IMG/VR virus record: IMGVR_UViG_3300043432_000237
Span: 1-64,000 of that record
DNA length: 64,000 nt
Reading direction: 5' to 3' (one strand)
Origin: a virus
Taxonomy: Duplodnaviria; Caudoviricetes
The notes below the pieces were generated by a model. The model was not told where the DNA came from and did not search any database. It worked only from the letters and a program-made list of their open reading frames with translations. Below, piece after piece: positions 59,948-64,000 of the stretch (within the stretch, counting starts at the first letter, position 1; every line of letters starts with the position of its first letter). A program made the position numbers and the translations under genes.

Positions 59948-60175
59948 TCAACGCGGAGGCGGGTCGAGGCGCATCAGACGAGCCTTGCGATTGCGCCAGA
60001 ACCTCCAGACGTTCCGGGCGTCCATCCCGAACATGCGCTTGCCGATCGGCGCTCCCCCGACCACCTTGCCGTCGTGGACCGCCAGACAGAAGACAAGCCA
60101 CTGGCCGGTCTCCCCCTGCACCTCGATGCGCATCCAAGGCAGCTCGTGCAGGGGCGGAACGTCAGCCATGCCCAA
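59948..60175 (-). CDS. Small hypothetical protein
   Basis: DGKVVGGAPIGK motif; the only plausible minus-strand gene in the right arm. Confidence 0.45.
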   Translation of the reverse strand: MGMADVPPLHELPWMRIEVQGETGQWLVFCLAVHDGKVVGGAPIGKRMFGMDARNVWRFWRNRKARLMRLDPPPR

Positions 60176-60211
60176 GCACGTAGCACCCCTGGCGCTCGTT
60201 CCGCAAGCGGG

Positions 60212-60250
60212 TTGACAGCGAAGCTAGCGCGATGCTAGCGTCGCTAGCGC
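60212..60250 (+). promoter_or_regulatory. Promoter with GCTAGC operator repeats, copy 2
   Basis: TTGACAGCgaaGCTAGCGCGaTGCTAGCgtcGCTAGCgc-ATG, same spacing as copy 1. Confidence 0.75.
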
Positions 60251-60487
60251 ATGGCCAAGAAACTGCTGTTCGACATCAAGGATCTCACCCGGCTGGTGGT
60301 GGCCGGCGTAGTGGAAGAGTACGCCTGCTCGGGCACCGAGGTCTCGGTGCGCTGGATCGTCGAGCCCGGAGCGATCAGCTGCATCGTCCTGGTAGGCGGC
60401 GCTGCCGAAGAGCACGAGGAGTTCCACAACGAGCCAGCTCGCGCGGACACCGTCAAGACCACGATCCCGATGGAACTGAAGTCATGA
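60251..60487 (+). CDS. Hypothetical protein
   Basis: Follows the promoter; coupled to the MTase gene. Confidence 0.55.
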   Translation: MAKKLLFDIKDLTRLVVAGVVEEYACSGTEVSVRWIVEPGAISCIVLVGGAAEEHEEFHNEPARADTVKTTIPMELKS

Positions 60488-61074
60488 ACTCCAAGCATTT
60501 GTCCAAGACCGCAGAGCAGTACACGCCGCTCTGGCTGGTGGAGAAGGGGCGCGAAGTGCTGGGCGGCACGATCGATCTCGATCCTGCCTCGACGGCCGAA
60601 GTGAACTACGACGGAGTCTGCGCGCGGAAGTTCTTCACCAAGCGCGACGACGGCTTGAAACAGGACTGGGGTACCAGTCGCCGCCCCAGCACCGTGTTCG
60701 TGAACCCTCCCGGGGGACAGTTCAGTCCACGTCAGGCCAAGCAGATCGGCACGCGCAGCAAACAGGTGGCCTTCTGGGTCAAGCTCATGGATGAGGTGCA
60801 CGCAGGGCATGTGCACCGCGCGATGTTCCTGAGCTTCAGCGTCGAGCTGTTGCAGTCGTGCCAGCGCGCGTTGCCGTCGGAGCCGGGCTGGTACCCATTG
60901 GACTTTTCGTGGTGCATTCCTGCTCAGCGCATCAAGTTCGAGAAGATCAAGCGCGGGCAGCGCATAGTCGGCAAGCAGCCGAGTCACGCCAACATCCTGA
61001 TCTTTCCAGGCTGCAACCTGAGCGAGGTGCGGCGCGTGTTCGGGGATGTGGGGCGCTGCGGCAGGGGCGGGTGA
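60484..61074 (+). CDS. Phage DNA N6-adenine methyltransferase
   Basis: EQYTP..IDLDPAS..DDGL.QDW..VFVNPPGG. Confidence 0.8.
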   Translation: MNSKHLSKTAEQYTPLWLVEKGREVLGGTIDLDPASTAEVNYDGVCARKFFTKRDDGLKQDWGTSRRPSTVFVNPPGGQFSPRQAKQIGTRSKQVAFWVKLMDEVHAGHVHRAMFLSFSVELLQSCQRALPSEPGWYPLDFSWCIPAQRIKFEKIKRGQRIVGKQPSHANILIFPGCNLSEVRRVFGDVGRCGRGG

Positions 61075-61469
61075 TGAGCGCGATAGGCATTGGCTCGAAG
61101 CTCTGGAGGTTCGACCAGAACCGGCGCTTCTACGCGCCACCGGAGAACAAGGGGGGCTTCGGCAAGCTCATCTGGCGTGAGCACTGGGTCCCCATGGTGG
61201 TGTGCGGGGAGACGCGGGTGTCCTGGCTAGTCGGGTACGCGCCCAGCGCGATCAATCGCCACCGAACGCCGTCCGTCACGCACAAGCTGCCGAAGGCGGA
61301 GTTCCGAAACGGTGGGTGCCCCAGGGACTGGGCGCTCTCAGAAGAGCATCTGGACGAGCTGGCGTGGGCTGAAGAAAACCGGTGTCGGCTGTCCGATCTG
61401 GTGCAGCGCTGTAACGACCCCAAGGTGCTGCGCGCGGTAGATGAGGTGTTGCGTGGAGGTGCACGGTGA
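61074..61469 (+). CDS. Phage hypothetical protein
   Basis: W.FD.NRR.Y...GETRVSW motif. Confidence 0.6.
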   Translation: MSAIGIGSKLWRFDQNRRFYAPPENKGGFGKLIWREHWVPMVVCGETRVSWLVGYAPSAINRHRTPSVTHKLPKAEFRNGGCPRDWALSEEHLDELAWAEENRCRLSDLVQRCNDPKVLRAVDEVLRGGAR

Positions 61470-62119
61470 CAGTGCTGTTTACAGCTGCGGAGCTGCGAGC
61501 AATGCGGAAGGCCTTCGTGGTGCAGGACGACGGCGGCGAGGGTCACGGCGACGTCGTGTTTGCGCGCAACGCGATGGAGGCCCGCCGCATCGGCGCTGCC
61601 GACCTGGACACCGACGAAACTGCGCTGACTGTTTGCCGCGCACCCGAGTTCGATGCGTGCGCGAGCATGGAAGCAGTGCGTGCGGAGCAGCTGGATCGAG
61701 GCTGGTGGTTCACGTGTGGGCACTGCGAAAGGCATGTTGATCAGGATGGCACCCGATACGTCGGCGAAGCTGACTACGAATATCCGTTCGATCCGGTCAT
61801 CCGGGGCAGAGACGTGTACTGTGACGGGTGGTGCGCGGGCGCGGAAGCGGTAGCGCACGTCGAACGACGGATTCAAAAGTGGACCGTGGTCGAGGCGGCG
61901 ATGGAGAAGTTCCCGGGTGCCGTGATCTGCGACGTGTCAGCGAACACCTATCACATGACCCGCAGGAACGAGATCGTACCCACGGTGCGGTTTCAGGTGC
62001 CGCCCAGGTACCACGCGACGTTTACTTGGCAGCTCGGGGACGAGACGCTGCTGATGAACGAATGCGTGCTGGAGGAGTGGAACGAGTACAGGGTGCTGAG
62101 GCAGGAGAAGCGGACATGA
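61466..62119 (+). CDS. Phage hypothetical protein
   Basis: VVFA..A.EARR.GA..CRAPEFD..GWWFTCGHC. Confidence 0.6.
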   Translation: MTVLFTAAELRAMRKAFVVQDDGGEGHGDVVFARNAMEARRIGAADLDTDETALTVCRAPEFDACASMEAVRAEQLDRGWWFTCGHCERHVDQDGTRYVGEADYEYPFDPVIRGRDVYCDGWCAGAEAVAHVERRIQKWTVVEAAMEKFPGAVICDVSANTYHMTRRNEIVPTVRFQVPPRYHATFTWQLGDETLLMNECVLEEWNEYRVLRQEKRT

Positions 62120-62439
62120 GGCTCGACAAGGTCATCGAGGCGTTACGCCCGTTTGTGGATGAGGGCTACCCGCATGTCGTCTCCAACGCTGACAAGCTGC
62201 GCGCTGCGGGCATCGTGCGCGAATACGACCGGCTCCCGCGTGCGAAAAACTACGACGCAGGCGCCGCGCAGCCAACGACTGTGGTTCTGGGGACCAATGG
62301 GCGTCACGTCGTGCTCCAGTCTTCCGGCAACGAAGAGGTCGAGCCGAGCTACATCGTCTGGTCGCCTGCTCAGGCCAGAGAGATTGCTGAGCACCTGCTG
62401 CGACTGGCGGCGCACTTGGAGGAAGGAACAAGGGTATGA
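62116..62439 (+). CDS. Hypothetical protein
   Basis: Coupled ORF. Confidence 0.5.
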   Translation: MRLDKVIEALRPFVDEGYPHVVSNADKLRAAGIVREYDRLPRAKNYDAGAAQPTTVVLGTNGRHVVLQSSGNEEVEPSYIVWSPAQAREIAEHLLRLAAHLEEGTRV

Positions 62440-63038
62440 CCGAGCTGGAGTCTCCGGAAGAGTTCGCCAGTGCGCTGGCTGCTAGCATGGATGTGCTGGG
62501 AGGCGGAGTGTGGTCACCTTCGGTCAGCGCCACCCGAGAAACCATCGAGCTGATTCTTACTCGGGACGCAGCGCTGGCGACCAGGCGAACTGCGCTCGAT
62601 GAGGCTGCTGAGGAAATCGCGCACCTCTGCGGGTGCTCGACGTGGGACTACCCGGCCCAGTTAGTACGGTGGGTGGCCGACCTCAAGGCCGAGCGCGACG
62701 TGCTGCGCTCTGAGCTGTCTGGCGCCGCTCGCGCGCTCGAACAGGCCGATGCGTGGATCGGCGGGTTTGCAGGTCACGTGCGATCTGCGCGCGCCGCGCT
62801 GGCGTTTGGCACTCAACCCAGTAGCGGTGTGAATGATGCCGACGTTCGCTTTCTCGCCGAAGCCATCTCCGCCCGCGATTCCACCATCCGCGCGGCGGTG
62901 CTCGAAGAGGCGGCGCGCACCTGTTCCGACCTGTCCCGCAACGCCTACCGGCACGCGCCGGACATCACCGCCGAGACAGCCGCGCATGAGTGCGCCGACG
63001 CCATCCGCGCCCTCGCCACGAAAGGACCGACCCGATGA
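62436..63038 (+). CDS. Phage hypothetical protein
   Basis: RAAVLEEAAR..CADAIRAL motif common in phage accessory genes. Confidence 0.55.
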   Translation: MTELESPEEFASALAASMDVLGGGVWSPSVSATRETIELILTRDAALATRRTALDEAAEEIAHLCGCSTWDYPAQLVRWVADLKAERDVLRSELSGAARALEQADAWIGGFAGHVRSARAALAFGTQPSSGVNDADVRFLAEAISARDSTIRAAVLEEAARTCSDLSRNAYRHAPDITAETAAHECADAIRALATKGPTR

Positions 63039-63658
63039 CCGACACCGACGACGTGATTCGTGAGGTGCGGAGGCTGGACGCGGAGGCAACGAGTGGGCCG
63101 TGGTTCTACAACAGCTACTCCACCGTGTTCTCCGAGCCGGCCTCTGAGGCGTACGAAGCGCTCGTCCAGGCCATCCCCGACGACGCGCCGGACGAGGCGT
63201 GGGAGGCCCTGCCCGCTGGCTACGTCGCGTCGGTCCCCGTCGTTGGCGGCGACACGGCTACTGCGGAGGGGTCAAAAGACGCCGCACTGATAGCCCACTT
63301 CCGCACCGCCGCCCCCCTGCTCGCGGCCGAGGTAGAGCGGCTGAGGGCGGAGAATGCGGCACGTCGCGAGGAGCTGCGCCTCGCCCAGTGTCCGAACCCG
63401 CGCGACCCGGAGTACGCCGGCCACTGTGAGACGTGCTCGGGGCTGTCCGTCGCGCGCACGCGGAGGCTTGCGGAACTGGAGGCTGAGAATGCGGAGCTGC
63501 GGGAGGCGTTGGTCGTCGCCGAGCAATCGCTGGGCTGGTGGGCGTCATCGAGCCACGCGAAGCGGTTCGTGTGGGACGGGCGCGAGCAAGACCCAAACGG
63601 CACGCACCACGCACTGGTAGTCGCCCGCGCAGCGCTCGCGAAGGGAGGCGGCAAGTGA
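63035..63658 (+). CDS. Ead/Ea22-like phage protein
   Basis: ATSGPW...DAALIAHFRTAAPLLAAEVERLRAE. Confidence 0.6.
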   Translation: MTDTDDVIREVRRLDAEATSGPWFYNSYSTVFSEPASEAYEALVQAIPDDAPDEAWEALPAGYVASVPVVGGDTATAEGSKDAALIAHFRTAAPLLAAEVERLRAENAARREELRLAQCPNPRDPEYAGHCETCSGLSVARTRRLAELEAENAELREALVVAEQSLGWWASSSHAKRFVWDGREQDPNGTHHALVVARAALAKGGGK

Positions 63659-64000
63659 GTGAACTGAAGTTGGCGACGGGAACCGATGGCAAGTTGTGTC
63701 TGATGGCGAGCGTTCCAGGTGTCGCAGCGATGTTCGGTCTAGATGACCTGGTCCAGTGCCTCAAGGCCAACCCCGAGGCGTGCGCGGAGGTGTGGGACGC
63801 GCTGTGCGAGACGGAATGCGCCGGGCTCGTGTCGCGCCGCTGGTACGTGGGGGAGCAGACCGCGCGCAAAGAAGCCGAAGCCCGCGCAGAGAAGTTCGCC
63901 GCAGAGCGCGAGGAGAAGCCCGCGCAGGGAAGGCGGGAGGACGAACGCGAGAGAGGGGAGCCCGCTCTGACTTGCCGTGCATGTGGCAAGCCTCTCGTGG
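63655..64000 (+). CDS. Hypothetical protein, truncated by the window end
   Basis: GTG start overlapping the previous stop; frame open to the end. Confidence 0.45.
   Translation, partial: MSELKLATGTDGKLCLMASVPGVAAMFGLDDLVQCLKANPEACAEVWDALCETECAGLVSRRWYVGEQTARKEAEARAEKFAAEREEKPAQGRREDERERGEPALTCRACGKPLV

Noticed and set aside
1-64000. Packaging ATPase, integrase, DNA polymerase, reverse transcriptase/DGR
   Set aside because: The only Walker A motifs I found belong to SNF2, DnaC and DnaB; none of these genes is recognisable here, though they may lie outside the window

Overview
GC-rich (about two-thirds G+C, by eye), tightly packed 64-kb stretch of a bacterial virus or provirus genome. I see no host housekeeping context, rRNA, tRNA or CRISPR array. 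Left arm (minus strand, 1-15961): dual-specificity phosphatase, SNF2 helicase, membrane-anchored hydrolase, three beta-rich fibre/spike-like proteins, small regulators and a beta-clamp. Right arm (plus strand): a lambda-like replication module (initiator with internal iteron origin, DnaC, DnaB), nucleotide-metabolism genes, a papain-like protease, an inactive RuvC-like protein and ParB. These are followed by a long morphogenesis region (about 32.2-54.2 kb), two GT4 glycosyltransferases, an adenine methyltransferase and small accessory genes. I could not recognise a terminase, portal, HK97 capsid or tail genes in the window. The morphogenesis region instead encodes 3-4 putative single-jelly-roll capsid-like proteins, about 20 tail-anchored membrane proteins, a membrane-tethered protamine-like Arg/Lys-rich protein and a transglutaminase-fold Cys protease. 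Many of these proteins share a [GSAP]-[LMVI]-G motif, often matching the adenovirus protease consensus (M/I/L)XGX/G. A second motif, [MLYF]xxN, punctuates the basic protein and a modular polyprotein-like ORF. Best interpretation (inference): an unusually large, tailless, internal-membrane phage with an adenovirus/poxvirus-like proteolytic maturation and genome-condensation system, possibly infecting Myxococcota. All family assignments come from motif recognition without database searches.
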